This document shows positions 5,700 through 14,470 of a stretch of DNA of 14,470 nucleotides, one piece after another. Origin of the DNA: Nitrospinota bacterium (lineage in GTDB: Bacteria; UBA8248); contig JAYGFR010000110.1 of the NCBI GenBank assembly GCA_046581755.1, positions 1-14,470 of the forward strand, read 5' to 3'. Position 1 is the first letter of the stretch. The number at the start of each line of letters is the position of its first letter. The notes beneath the pieces were generated by a model. That model was not told the DNA's origin and searched no databases. It saw only the letters and a list, made by a program, of their open reading frames with translations. A program made the position numbers and the translations under genes.

Positions 5700-6914
5700 A
5701 TGGCTGATCTTGGCGATCATGGATTGATGGGTGTGGATTGGGAGGAGCGAATCGATTTTGCCCGCATGAGGAGGGAGCGTCTCCAGCGGGCGAAGGATGC
5801 GCTGGAGGCCTCGGACGTGGACGCCCTCTTCGTCTTTCGGACGGAGGATTGCCGCTACCTGACGGGATTTCGATCCCACCTCCACCCGACGGCCTCGCTC
5901 GGGATGGCCGTCTGTATTTTAGCCAAGGGCGGCGAGCCCTTTATCTTCAGCATGGACAACGATCACGTGGCCGAGCGGATGACCTGGCTGGCGCCCGAGC
6001 AGATTCAGGAGCGGGCGAACCTGCGCGACATATCGGCGGTGCGCAAATTCGCCGGTCGCGTGGAGGGGCTCATCGGGAACTTGGACGGGAAAAAGGTGGG
6101 CGTCGATCTGTGGACCCCCTCGATTGAGGCGCGCCTGAAAGAGGCATTCCCCAAAACCGAGTTCGTGGACGGCTACGAGGTCCTGATGAAGGCGAAGATC
6201 ATCAAGACCCAGGACGAAATCCACTGCCTCAAGGCCGCCACGGTTATTACCGAGGCGGGCATGGAGGCCGCTCTCGATTTCCTCCGGCCGGGGGTGCGGG
6301 AGTGCGAGGTGCTGGCCGTTGCGTGGCAGACCATGACCGCCCTCGGGAGCGAGTGGACCCAGTGCGCCAACATCGTTTGCTCGGGGCCCTACACGGCGCC
6401 CTACCGGCGGCTGACCTCGGACCGGATTATCCGCAAGGGCGACCCGGTGATCATCGACATCGGCGGCTGCTTCAACGGCTATTGGGGCGACTTCACCCGC
6501 ACCTGGATCTGCGGCGCCATCGCCCCGACGAAGGAGCAGATCGAGTGGCATCAAAAGTGCTACAACTCGGTGTGGGATTCATGCGCTGCCTCCAAGGTGG
6601 GCAACACGACGCTGGACGTCTACAAGGCGGCCATGCCTTATGTCCTGGACAGCCTGGGACATGGCTCGGGCACAAACCCCTGGGAGCTGCCCTACTTCAG
6701 CCCGGCGTCCTACGACGATCCGATGGTCCTGGAGGAGGGGATGACCTTCAACCTCGAGCCCTATGCGGGCAAGAAAGGGGTGGGCGGATTCCGCCTGGAG
6801 AACAACGTCGTGGTCACCAGCAATGGGCCGGACATTTATACGCCCTATCCCTACGATGAGCGGCTCGTGACGGACCTCCACGAGTTGGACACCTCGACGG
6901 GGCGCACCCGCTAG
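5700..6914 (+). CDS. M24 (Xaa-Pro peptidase/creatinase fold) family metallohydrolase
   Basis: Creatinase_N-like N-terminus. Metal ligands are present in IIDIG, GDFTRT, LGHG, LEP and RLEN. SD AAGGAG lies upstream. Confidence 0.92.
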   Translation: MADLGDHGLMGVDWEERIDFARMRRERLQRAKDALEASDVDALFVFRTEDCRYLTGFRSHLHPTASLGMAVCILAKGGEPFIFSMDNDHVAERMTWLAPEQIQERANLRDISAVRKFAGRVEGLIGNLDGKKVGVDLWTPSIEARLKEAFPKTEFVDGYEVLMKAKIIKTQDEIHCLKAATVITEAGMEAALDFLRPGVRECEVLAVAWQTMTALGSEWTQCANIVCSGPYTAPYRRLTSDRIIRKGDPVIIDIGGCFNGYWGDFTRTWICGAIAPTKEQIEWHQKCYNSVWDSCAASKVGNTTLDVYKAAMPYVLDSLGHGSGTNPWELPYFSPASYDDPMVLEEGMTFNLEPYAGKKGVGGFRLENNVVVTSNGPDIYTPYPYDERLVTDLHELDTSTGRTR

Positions 6915-6924
6915 CGGACCGGAG

Positions 6925-6970
6925 AAAAAAAAATGAGAGAGCGACCGGAGGGCCGCTCTCCCCTTTTTTT
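6925..6970. terminator. Bidirectional intrinsic terminator
   Basis: A-run, then stem GAGAGCG…CGCTCTC, then T-run, between convergent genes. Confidence 0.8.
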
Positions 6971-7002
6971 CGTTTGGTGCTCGGCCTATGGTTTGATCGC
7001 GG

Positions 7003-7572
7003 TCAATCGTTTCTATCGTCTCCGACCAGGGCCAAATCCGTCTGGAGCGGGAAATCCACCTGGCCGAGATCGACATTGGCATTGATGCCGGGAGGAGGCG
7101 CGAAAGTGTCCTTGGGGCCGAATGGCTGGACCTCGAACATTATCGTTTTTGAATTGCTCATGTTCCCGGCGCGGTCCTCGACGAGGACTTCCACCGTGCC
7201 GTATATGGTGCCGGAGGCTCCTCCGCCGTTGAGGTTGGCCCACACCGAAATAGACCCGTTCATGGAGGCGACCTTTTTATCGAAATATATGGTATCGGGT
7301 GAGTAGGAAGAGGCGCCGAGTTGTCCGAAGGTGAACTGAATCTTATCCAGATCGCCGTCCGGGTCGGTGGCGCGGATGTAAATTTTCCAGATATTTCCGT
7401 TGCGAATTTCGGTCTGGGCCGCGATTACCTCAAGGATGGGTTCATGCGCCTTGCCCACCGGCTCATCCATGGGCGGCAAGAGAAACGGGAGAAACGCTTT
7501 TGCCGTTGCGGCGGCCAGAAAAAGAAATGCCGCCCCCAGAAATATGGATCCGAGAGCCATTTTACGAGTCAT
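7003..7572 (-). CDS. Hypothetical exported protein, predicted beta-rich/Ig-like
   Basis: Signal peptide MTRKMALGSIFLGAAFLFLAAATAKA, plus ATDPDGD and VEDRAGNMS motifs typical of secreted beta-sandwich modules. SD GGGGGAG precedes ATG at 7572. Confidence 0.8.
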   Translation of the reverse strand: MTRKMALGSIFLGAAFLFLAAATAKAFLPFLLPPMDEPVGKAHEPILEVIAAQTEIRNGNIWKIYIRATDPDGDLDKIQFTFGQLGASSYSPDTIYFDKKVASMNGSISVWANLNGGGASGTIYGTVEVLVEDRAGNMSNSKTIMFEVQPFGPKDTFAPPPGINANVDLGQVDFPLQTDLALVGDDRND

Positions 7573-7673
7573 TATACTCCCCCTAACGTCCATCGGTATT
7601 CCAAGAGTGGCGGCGATCCCTTCACCTAACTATTAGACATCAAAAATGATACAAAATTTCTTTTTTTTCGAAA

Positions 7674-7697
7674 AATTTGTGACATTCTTCACAAATT
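7674..7697. promoter_or_regulatory. Perfect palindrome AATTTGTGA-CATTCT-TCACAAATT (CRP-family TGTGA-N6-TCACA; also one mismatch from the Rex box)
   Basis: 9-bp perfect arms in an AT-rich divergent intergenic region. Confidence 0.7.
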
Positions 7698-7942
7698 CAC
7701 TGAATTCCCAAAGAGCGAAATCTTCCTATTCGGCGGCTCGATCCGGCCCCGCCTGGCGAATACCCGGACGCCACATATAGATAAACACCGTTCCGGCTCG
7801 ATAGGTTTCAGGAAACGGGTCGGCGCTCCTCCCCGCTCGGTGCGTTGCCCGCGCCGGGCCGTTCGGATAGTTTTGGAGGATTGAAGTGCCAATCTCGCCC
7901 CCAGGGGGCTTTTCATTTCCCGGAAACGAGGATGGAGCGACC

Positions 7943-8500
7943 ATGAGCCAGGGCCCATCGCGCGATGAAATCGCCGCAGCGGCGGAGAAGAAAACCTACG
8001 AAGAGCACCGGGCCGAGGGTCCGGACGCCGTCACATGCGCGGTTGTCACGGTGAGCGACACGCGCACCGAGGAGACCGACACGAGCGGAAAACTCATCGC
8101 CAACATGCTCACCGACTGCGGCCACCGGATTGCATTCACCCGCATCGTCAAGGACGACGCCGGCCAGATACGAGCGGCGCTGGAGGAGGCTTGCGGTGAT
8201 CCGGCCGTACAGGTCGTCATCACCAACGGCGGGACGGGCATCACCCAGCGGGACACGACCTACGACGTCGCCCTCTCGATGATCGAAAAAGAGATGCCCG
8301 GTTTCGGCGAATTGTTCCGGTACTTGAGCTATCTGGAAATCGGCACCGCCTCCATCCTGACCCGCGCAACGGCCGGCACCTGCCGGGAGACGATCATCAT
8401 GACGCTGCCGGGCTCGGGGAACGCCTGCCGGACGGGCATGGAGAAGATCATTCTGCCCGAGATCAGCCACATGGTCCGCGAGGTCTTGAAAAAGGGCTGA
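7943..8500 (+). CDS. moaB: Molybdenum cofactor biosynthesis protein MoaB/MogA family
   Basis: VTVSDTRTEETDTSG, TNGGTGITQRDTT, MPGFGELFR and LPGS motifs. SD GGAG precedes ATG at 7943. Confidence 0.92.
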   Translation: MSQGPSRDEIAAAAEKKTYEEHRAEGPDAVTCAVVTVSDTRTEETDTSGKLIANMLTDCGHRIAFTRIVKDDAGQIRAALEEACGDPAVQVVITNGGTGITQRDTTYDVALSMIEKEMPGFGELFRYLSYLEIGTASILTRATAGTCRETIIMTLPGSGNACRTGMEKIILPEISHMVREVLKKG

Positions 8501-8510
8501 GGCGGCAGGG

Positions 8511-9386
8511 CTACTTCGAGAGCGCGAGCAAAACAAGACCGGCGGCGACCGCCGCCGCTCCCGCCAGTTTCCGGCGGGCTCCTCCTTCCTTGAGGATAAA
8601 TACGCCCAGCCCCGTGCCGATGACGACGCTCACCTCGCGCGCCGCCACGACGTAGCTCACCCTGCTCATGGTCATGGCCAGAAGCACCAGGCCGTAGGCG
8701 CCCATCATGCCCGCGCCCGTGGTGGCGATGCGGAATAAGGAGCGCGCCCCCCCTAGCCGGAGGACGGCGAAGCCCGCGCGGGTTTGCCTGAACTGGAGGG
8801 GCAGGTTGATCAGCGCTGTCAGGACGAACATGAGGTAGATGTAGATGTCCGGTGATACCCGCGCGACGCCCGCCTTGTCCACGACGGAATAGACCGCCGT
8901 CACCACCCCGGTAACGAGGGCCCAGCGGCTGCCGGGTTCGCCGAGAAACTCAAAAAGGGAGCGCCCGCCGCCATCCGTGCCGGTATGCGCGATAAAAATA
9001 CCGGCCACCACGAGGAGGATCGCGGCGGCCCCGGTGGCTGGTATCCGCTCGCCCAAAAAGACCGCCGCCAGCCCGACGACCAGCACCGGAGCCGATCCGC
9101 GGGCCAGCGGATACACCCTCGACAGGTCCCCCGAGCGGTAGGCCCGGCCCAGCGTGTAAAAATAAAGGGCATGAAGAATCCCGGTGGCCAGGATAAATCT
9201 CCAGGCGCCGGGAGCGAAACGCGCTGTGGGAAGGCGGTAAAGGAAGGCCGGTGCGAAGAGAATCAGCGAGGCGCAAAGGGACGCCTGAAGCATGGCTTGA
9301 GGCTCTTCCGAATCCTTGGCGGCGTAGTTCCATAAGGCGTGGAGAAGGGCGGCAACGAGGATTAGGCCGAGGGGGATGATATCCAA
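8511..9386 (-). CDS. DMT/EamA-family transporter
   Basis: About 10 hydrophobic segments with AALLHALWN, GDLSRVYPLARG, YSVVDKAGV and AAREVSVV. The start is placed at TTG 9386 (uncertain). Confidence 0.9.
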   Translation of the reverse strand: MDIIPLGLILVAALLHALWNYAAKDSEEPQAMLQASLCASLILFAPAFLYRLPTARFAPGAWRFILATGILHALYFYTLGRAYRSGDLSRVYPLARGSAPVLVVGLAAVFLGERIPATGAAAILLVVAGIFIAHTGTDGGGRSLFEFLGEPGSRWALVTGVVTAVYSVVDKAGVARVSPDIYIYLMFVLTALINLPLQFRQTRAGFAVLRLGGARSLFRIATTGAGMMGAYGLVLLAMTMSRVSYVVAAREVSVVIGTGLGVFILKEGGARRKLAGAAAVAAGLVLLALSK

Positions 9387-9470
9387 CGCGGGCTCTTTTC
9401 TGGATTCTGGGGGCGGGGGCGCAGGCGCTCCGAGAGAGATATGAAATCCGCATCCGGCCAAACCGGTAAG

Positions 9471-9500
9471 TTGACACACCGCTTAGGAAAAGACTAGTTT
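9471..9500 (+). promoter_or_regulatory. Putative sigma70 promoter for the coaD operon
   Basis: TTGACA (9471-9476), an 18-nt spacer and TAGTTT (9495-9500), about 70 nt before coaD. Confidence 0.4.
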
Positions 9501-9569
9501 GCCCCGAATTTATTTAGCGGCAACCCTGGTTTCTCCTCGCTGAGATTCGACCGAAAGGTATTGAATTTA

Positions 9570-10061
9570 ATGGCACGCCGAGCCGTTTATCCTGGAACCT
9601 TCGATCCGCCCACGAACGGCCATATCGATATCGTCCGGCGGAGTCTGGAAATTTTCGATGAGCTGATCGTGGCGGTGACGCTCAACCCCGACAAAATCTC
9701 GCTTTTCTCGTTTGATGAACGAAAGGCGTTTTTTCTCGGCGAATTGTCCGGCGAAGCGAACGTCGAAATCGTCAGCTTCGAGAAGAAGCTCCTTGTTGAT
9801 TTCGCCAGCGAAATCGGAGTGAACGTCATTATCCGCGGAATCCGGGCGGTGAGCGACTTCGAGTACGAATTTCAGATGACTCTCATGAACCGCCAGCTCA
9901 ATAACACGATCGAAACGGTCTTTTTGATGCCGAGCGAGCAGTACAGCTTTCTCAGCTCCAGTCTTGTCAAGGAAGTTGCCTCGTTCGGCGGCGACGTGAG
10001 CCACCTGGTCCCCAAATCGGTGGCCGAGGCGCTCGCGCGCCGCCTCAGTAACTCCGACTAG
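9570..10061 (+). CDS. coaD: Pantetheine-phosphate adenylyltransferase
   Basis: AVYPGTFDPPTNGH, IRGIRAVSDFEYEFQM and FLSSSLVKEVA. Confidence 0.97.
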   Translation: MARRAVYPGTFDPPTNGHIDIVRRSLEIFDELIVAVTLNPDKISLFSFDERKAFFLGELSGEANVEIVSFEKKLLVDFASEIGVNVIIRGIRAVSDFEYEFQMTLMNRQLNNTIETVFLMPSEQYSFLSSSLVKEVASFGGDVSHLVPKSVAEALARRLSNSD

Positions 10062-10077
10062 CCCCGGGAGTCCTTTC

Positions 10078-11274
10078 ATGAAGCTTGCATCGCGGATGGG
10101 CAAACTGCCTCCAATCCCAACCCTTGCAATGAACACCAAGGCCGCCGAATTGCGCGAGCAGGGGGTGGATATCATCTCTTTCGCGGCGGGTGAGCCAGAT
10201 TTCGACACGCCCGACCATATCAAAGAGGCCGCGATCCGGGCGTTGCGCGAGGGCCACACGAAATACACGGCCGTCAGCGGCATTCCGCCGCTCCGAAAGG
10301 CGATTTGCGACTGGGTGGAGGAAAACAAGGGCGTCGCCTATGGACCGGACGAGGTAATTGTCACCGTCGGTGGAAAACAATCGGTTTTCAACGCGCTCCA
10401 TGTCCTCCTCGAAGAGGGGGACGAGATCGTGATTCCGGTCCCGGTATGGGTGGCCTACGAGCCCGTCGCGACCCTGACCGGGGCGAAAGTCGTTCCCATC
10501 GAGACGAGTGAGGAGAACGGCTTCAAGATGACCCGCGAGCAACTGGCCGTGGCCATTACGCCTCGCACCAAGCTCGTGGTCATCAACAGCCCTTGCAATC
10601 CCTCTGGATGCGTTTACAGCCGCGCCGAGATCGAGGGAATCGCCGAGGAGGTGCTCGCTTCACCCCAGGCAATGGTCCTTTCGGACGAGATATACGGAAA
10701 AATCCTCTACGACGGCGAAGAGCATGTTTCCATCGCCTCCCTCTCGTCCGAGATGCGGGCGCGCACACTGTTGCTGGACGGTTTCTCGAAGACCTATGCC
10801 ATGACGGGCTGGCGCATGGGCTATACCTGCGCTCCGCGTGAAATCGTCAAGGCGATGGACACCCTCCAGGGCCAGAGCACGAGCAACGTCACCTCGTTCG
10901 CCCAGTACGGGGGAATCGCCGCCCTGACCGGTCCGCACGATTTTCTCAGTGGATGGCTGGCCGAGTACGACACGCGCCGCCAGGCGATCGTCGAGGGGAT
11001 GAACTCGATCGACGGCCTCTCGGTCGTTATGCCCAAGGGTGCGTTTTACGTCTTTCCCCGCATCAGCGATCTTTTCGGGCGCCACGCTCCCGGCGGGAAG
11101 CTCAAGAATTCGGTGGACGTGGGCGTCTATTTTCTCGAACAAGCCCAATGCGCCGCCGTTCCGGGCGCCGGGTTCGGCGACGATCGCTTCATGCGCTTCT
11201 CCTACGCCACATCGCTTGAGAACGTGCGGGAGGGCATCGAGCGCATCCGGGCGGCGGTGAGCCAGCTGGGCTGA
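10078..11274 (+). CDS. aspC: PLP-dependent class I aminotransferase (aspartate aminotransferase type)
   Basis: GEPDFDTP, INSPCNPSG, LSDEIY, GFSKTYAMTGWRMG (PLP lysine) and RFSYA. Confidence 0.92.
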   Translation: MKLASRMGKLPPIPTLAMNTKAAELREQGVDIISFAAGEPDFDTPDHIKEAAIRALREGHTKYTAVSGIPPLRKAICDWVEENKGVAYGPDEVIVTVGGKQSVFNALHVLLEEGDEIVIPVPVWVAYEPVATLTGAKVVPIETSEENGFKMTREQLAVAITPRTKLVVINSPCNPSGCVYSRAEIEGIAEEVLASPQAMVLSDEIYGKILYDGEEHVSIASLSSEMRARTLLLDGFSKTYAMTGWRMGYTCAPREIVKAMDTLQGQSTSNVTSFAQYGGIAALTGPHDFLSGWLAEYDTRRQAIVEGMNSIDGLSVVMPKGAFYVFPRISDLFGRHAPGGKLKNSVDVGVYFLEQAQCAAVPGAGFGDDRFMRFSYATSLENVREGIERIRAAVSQLG

Positions 11275-11564
11275 TGTTTTACTACCGGCTTGGCCGCATT
11301 CTTCAGATTCTGGCCTTGATCGACTGTGCGTTCGCGCTTTTCTTCGCGGGCCTCTTTCCCGCGTTCTCCGGGATGGAGGCACAGCTCCAGATTGTCCTCT
11401 TCGCGGGCGCCCTTTTCGCCGCCGGAAGGGTTTTCCAGAAAATGGGCGAGTCCAGGCTCCAGGCCGCGGGGGCGGCTTCCGGCGCCCAGGATTCCGGGGA
11501 TGACGCTTCGGTCTCCTCGCCGGAATCTCCACAGGGCGGGAGCCATGAAATCGAGAGCCGTTGA
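11274..11564 (+). CDS. Small two-TM hypothetical membrane protein
   Basis: TGATG coupling with the aminotransferase, two hydrophobic helices and a low-complexity tail. Confidence 0.75.
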   Translation: MFYYRLGRILQILALIDCAFALFFAGLFPAFSGMEAQLQIVLFAGALFAAGRVFQKMGESRLQAAGAASGAQDSGDDASVSSPESPQGGSHEIESR

Positions 11565-12910
11565 GCCGGCCCGGACTCCTGGCGACCTTCTCCGAGAGAT
11601 GGGACGGGCGCTACCGCGAGTACCTCGATAAAAACATCGGCCGGGTGAGCGGGGAGATACTCCCCAAGCTCGTAAAATTTCTGTTTCCGGCCTCGGCCGA
11701 GCCCACCCTGCCCGAACAGTGTCTTCCCGTTTCGTTCATCCATCTCCGCCTTCTCGGCGGGGAGTCCCTGCGCACCGTCCAGGAACGCATGGAGCCCTTG
11801 GCGTGCCTGTTCGGGATGGCGGGCGCCAGGCTCCCGACCGGAACTCTCTACCTGATTCTTACATCGCTGACCTCAACGCCCGGGAACCTGTCCTCCCTCG
11901 CGCGGGCGCAGGCGGCTTTTTTCAGCCTCCTGCTCCGCCGCCTTGCGAGAGCGATCGACCGGGGGGAGAGCGAGAGTTCGATTCGCGCCGAGTTGGCCGG
12001 GGTTTGGGACATCCGCGGCGAGGGGGCCGCCGAGGCCGCCCTTCAGGGGGCGCGAGGGTACTGGAGACGCTTCCGCGACCCACATTTGGGACTCATCCCC
12101 CTGCCGTTCGATCTGGCCGAATGGATGGCCGAGAATGGGCTGGGCGGGGAGATGGACTCGGAACTGGCGCTTTTCCCGAAGGCCGGAGGACATCCCCATC
12201 TCGAAGCCCTGGCCGGCCGCCTGGCCGCCGCCGAGGCCCTGAAGGCGGCCCTGCAATCCGGTGGGGCGGGCCAATCCGCGCTCGGGCAAACCCTCGCGGA
12301 GGTTCAGGGGAGTCTCGAAGCCGCCCTGGAGGGGATCACGCCCTGGGAGGCCGAGGCCCTCCGCCCGGTGCACCCGCTCATCTCCTCGCTGGTGGCGTGG
12401 TCCGGGCGTCTCCTGCTTTTGGGCGAGGGAGAGACGCCGGTTGCCTCCACCGGGCGCGAGAAGCTGGCCGACTGGCTGAGCGAATTATTGGGCAGTACAT
12501 CGTCCGGGAGGCTTTTGGTGGGGGGCGACACCTATCTCATCTTCGGCGCCGATGTCACCGCCGCCCCCGAGGCGGTTTCGGCCGAGTTGGCCGAGCCCGG
12601 CAAAGGAGAGAAAGACGCCGTATCTCTCCGGGTCCGCTTCGGTGGCGCCGAGAAAAGGTTCCGCTTCGATCTTTCGGCGGGGAAAGATCTGCTGGCAGCC
12701 GTCCGTCTCGCGCATCAGCCCGACATCCGGGCGGATTTGTTTCTCCGGGGAGAAAACGGTCTCTGGCGTTTCGCGGCCTCGCGCTATCTTCAGCCGGACG
12801 AGGCCCACCGCGCCGCTTGGCGCCGGCGGGTGCTTGAATACCTTTTCGAGAAATTCGGCGGGGAGGAGGACCAAATCCGACTGGAGATTCTGAAGGCCGT
12901 CAAAGGATAG
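11561..12910 (+). CDS. Hypothetical protein (449 aa)
   Basis: Long ORF with coding-like composition whose TTG start overlaps the upstream stop (TTGA). It converges tightly with the MFS gene. No recognisable motif. Confidence 0.75.
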   Translation: MSRPGLLATFSERWDGRYREYLDKNIGRVSGEILPKLVKFLFPASAEPTLPEQCLPVSFIHLRLLGGESLRTVQERMEPLACLFGMAGARLPTGTLYLILTSLTSTPGNLSSLARAQAAFFSLLLRRLARAIDRGESESSIRAELAGVWDIRGEGAAEAALQGARGYWRRFRDPHLGLIPLPFDLAEWMAENGLGGEMDSELALFPKAGGHPHLEALAGRLAAAEALKAALQSGGAGQSALGQTLAEVQGSLEAALEGITPWEAEALRPVHPLISSLVAWSGRLLLLGEGETPVASTGREKLADWLSELLGSTSSGRLLVGGDTYLIFGADVTAAPEAVSAELAEPGKGEKDAVSLRVRFGGAEKRFRFDLSAGKDLLAAVRLAHQPDIRADLFLRGENGLWRFAASRYLQPDEAHRAAWRRRVLEYLFEKFGGEEDQIRLEILKAVKG

Positions 12911-12916
12911 GAAGTC

Positions 12917-14203
12917 TCACGCCCGCACGCGCGATATCGCCGCCACGCTGATAAGCCGCGTCGCCGCCATGATGGTGAAGACCCAAAACCACCCGTTCGG
13001 CACCGCCAGCGAGAGCCAGCCGAAAAACCAGGCCTGGGCACCGCCGTACAAATAGCCATGGGCATCGAGCACGCCCGATGCCGTGGCTGCGAGTTTTCTT
13101 CCTGCCAGATCGACGGCCAGCGCCTGAATGGGAGACATGTTGACGAAAAATCCGCCCACGATGAGGAAAAAGACGGCCAGGGGGATGCTGCTCGCCGGGG
13201 CGAGGGCGATGCCCATGAGGGCCGCCCCGCTGAGAAAGCCGGAGATGACGATGACCCGTGAGCGGTTGCTGTGGAAGAATTTGTCCGAGATGTAGCCCCC
13301 GCAGATCGGCCCCCACATGTAGCCCAGGGGGTAGGCGAACGTGACCCAGCCCATCTCCCGAAGGTCCATCCCGCCGGCATGTATGTAATAGAGCGGCGCC
13401 CAAGAGACGATCCCGTAGCGCACCACATTGTCTAGCCCCTTTACCTGGCAGGCGATGAAAAAGCGCCAGTTGGAGAGCAGGTGAAGATAGGCCCGGATGC
13501 CGTGCTCACTGCCCTCGGAGGAGGATTCGGCCTCGATGGATACCTCGTCGGACTCGACATATTCCGGAAGTCCCACATCGCTGGGCTTGTCCCGCGCCAC
13601 AAAGTAAAAGACGATGCCCAGCAGCGAGATGACCAGGGGAGGGTAGCGCAACGCAGCCCGCCAGCCGTAGCTCGCCGCCACCCAGGGCGCCACGATCCAA
13701 ACGACGAGCATCGCGAAGCCCGCCGCCGTTCCCACAAGGCCCATGACCCGGCCGCGCTCCCGCCGCCCCCACCACTGGGCGAGAATCCCAATGCCGGGTG
13801 CCCAGGTGGCGGCGTTCACGAAACCGACAATGGCCCAGGGGACGAGCAGGGTGTTGATCGTGGTTCCGAAGCTGGCGATGACGTTGAATAGCCCGGTTCC
13901 GATCGCTCCCAGGAGGAGAATCCGCCTGTAGCCGTACCGCTCGGCGAAGCGGCCGTGGACGAAGTCACCGAATGCGAAGCCCCAGAACATCCAAGAGTTG
14001 ATCCATCCCGTATCGGCGCGGGTGATTCCGAGATCTGCGATGATTTCCGACTGGATGATGCTGAAGTTGAACCGCCCCATGTAGTTCATGGAGTAGAACA
14101 CGCAGTAGGCGATGAGAATCCGCCATTTCCAGGTGTGGTAGAGGGCGGACATCTCGCCGTAGGTGGCCCCCCCGTCGGCAGGGAAGTTTTCCCGGGGGTT
14201 CAT
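12917..14203 (-). CDS. MFS transporter, GlpT/UhpT (organophosphate:phosphate antiporter)-like
   Basis: 12-TM pattern. NYMGRFNFS and VVRYGIVSWAPLY retain the two Arg positions typical of GlpT. Also WWGRRERG and RDKPSDVGLP. Confidence 0.9.
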   Translation of the reverse strand: MNPRENFPADGGATYGEMSALYHTWKWRILIAYCVFYSMNYMGRFNFSIIQSEIIADLGITRADTGWINSWMFWGFAFGDFVHGRFAERYGYRRILLLGAIGTGLFNVIASFGTTINTLLVPWAIVGFVNAATWAPGIGILAQWWGRRERGRVMGLVGTAAGFAMLVVWIVAPWVAASYGWRAALRYPPLVISLLGIVFYFVARDKPSDVGLPEYVESDEVSIEAESSSEGSEHGIRAYLHLLSNWRFFIACQVKGLDNVVRYGIVSWAPLYYIHAGGMDLREMGWVTFAYPLGYMWGPICGGYISDKFFHSNRSRVIVISGFLSGAALMGIALAPASSIPLAVFFLIVGGFFVNMSPIQALAVDLAGRKLAATASGVLDAHGYLYGGAQAWFFGWLSLAVPNGWFWVFTIMAATRLISVAAISRVRA

Positions 14204-14276
14204 GCCGCCGGGTGGGCTTTCGTGAAATGGCGCAAAGATTTACTGCCTCTCGGTGACAGGGTGGTTTGGATACCGG

Positions 14277-14470
14277 TTACTTCAGGAGGTCCGCGACGCC
14301 GGCGGATGAAGTGAACGATTCGCTGCTGTCGTCCTCGATTTGCACGAAATAACTCTCGCAGGCTCGCAAGAGCAGATCGTTGGTCATCTCGGGCTGCTTT
14401 TCCTCGAATTTGGCCAGGTCAATGAGATGGTCGAGAAGGTCCCGCAGGTGGCAACCGTTGAAGGGCAGCC
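14277..14470 (-). CDS. 3' end of a CDS entering from the right (…LPFNGCHLRDLLDHLIDLAKFEEKQPEMTNDLLLRACESYFVQ…LLK*), resembles the C-terminal lid of an AAA-type ATPase
   Basis: Open frame to TAA at 14279-14277. The CHxRDL…RAC.SYF pattern is recalled from an uncharacterised ATPase family; Walker motifs are not in the window. Confidence 0.6.
   Translation of the reverse strand, partial: LPFNGCHLRDLLDHLIDLAKFEEKQPEMTNDLLLRACESYFVQIEDDSSESFTSSAGVADLLK

Noticed and set aside
7730..7940. Possible Moco/Tuco riboswitch upstream of moaB
   Set aside because: Only GGAAAC tetraloop-like pieces are visible and I could not match the full consensus. An Infernal/Rfam search would be needed.
1..14470. Mobile elements, CRISPR arrays, tRNA/rRNA (including tRNA-Sec)
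   Set aside because: No transposase or integrase, no regularly spaced repeats and no recognisable structural RNA were seen. Sec machinery would have to be encoded outside this window.

Overview
High-GC bacterial window read with the standard genetic code: TGA is an ordinary stop in several genes and Trp is TGG. Most of it is metabolic and housekeeping genes: a FabL-like SDR, an amidohydrolase, an atypical Zn-ADH, an M24 hydrolase, moaB, a DMT transporter, coaD, an AspC-type aminotransferase, a GlpT-like MFS transporter and several hypothetical proteins. The notable part is the first ~1.3 kb on the minus strand, which the ORF track mis-parses. A MerR-type promoter (TTGACT-20 nt-TAGAAT with a 22-bp dyad) precedes a compact three-gene unit. 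The unit consists of a MerR-family metal sensor, a 42-aa peptide beginning MCFFCGC, and a 131-codon frame interrupted by two adjacent in-frame TGA codons (..FAGF-TGA-TGA-GKLKF..). The TGA pair is followed by a SECIS-like hairpin, and the unit ends at an intrinsic terminator. This is a candidate metal-induced operon encoding a vicinal Sec-Sec selenoprotein of a family I do not recognise. Just upstream is a small membrane-protein gene broken by two apparent single-G deletions.
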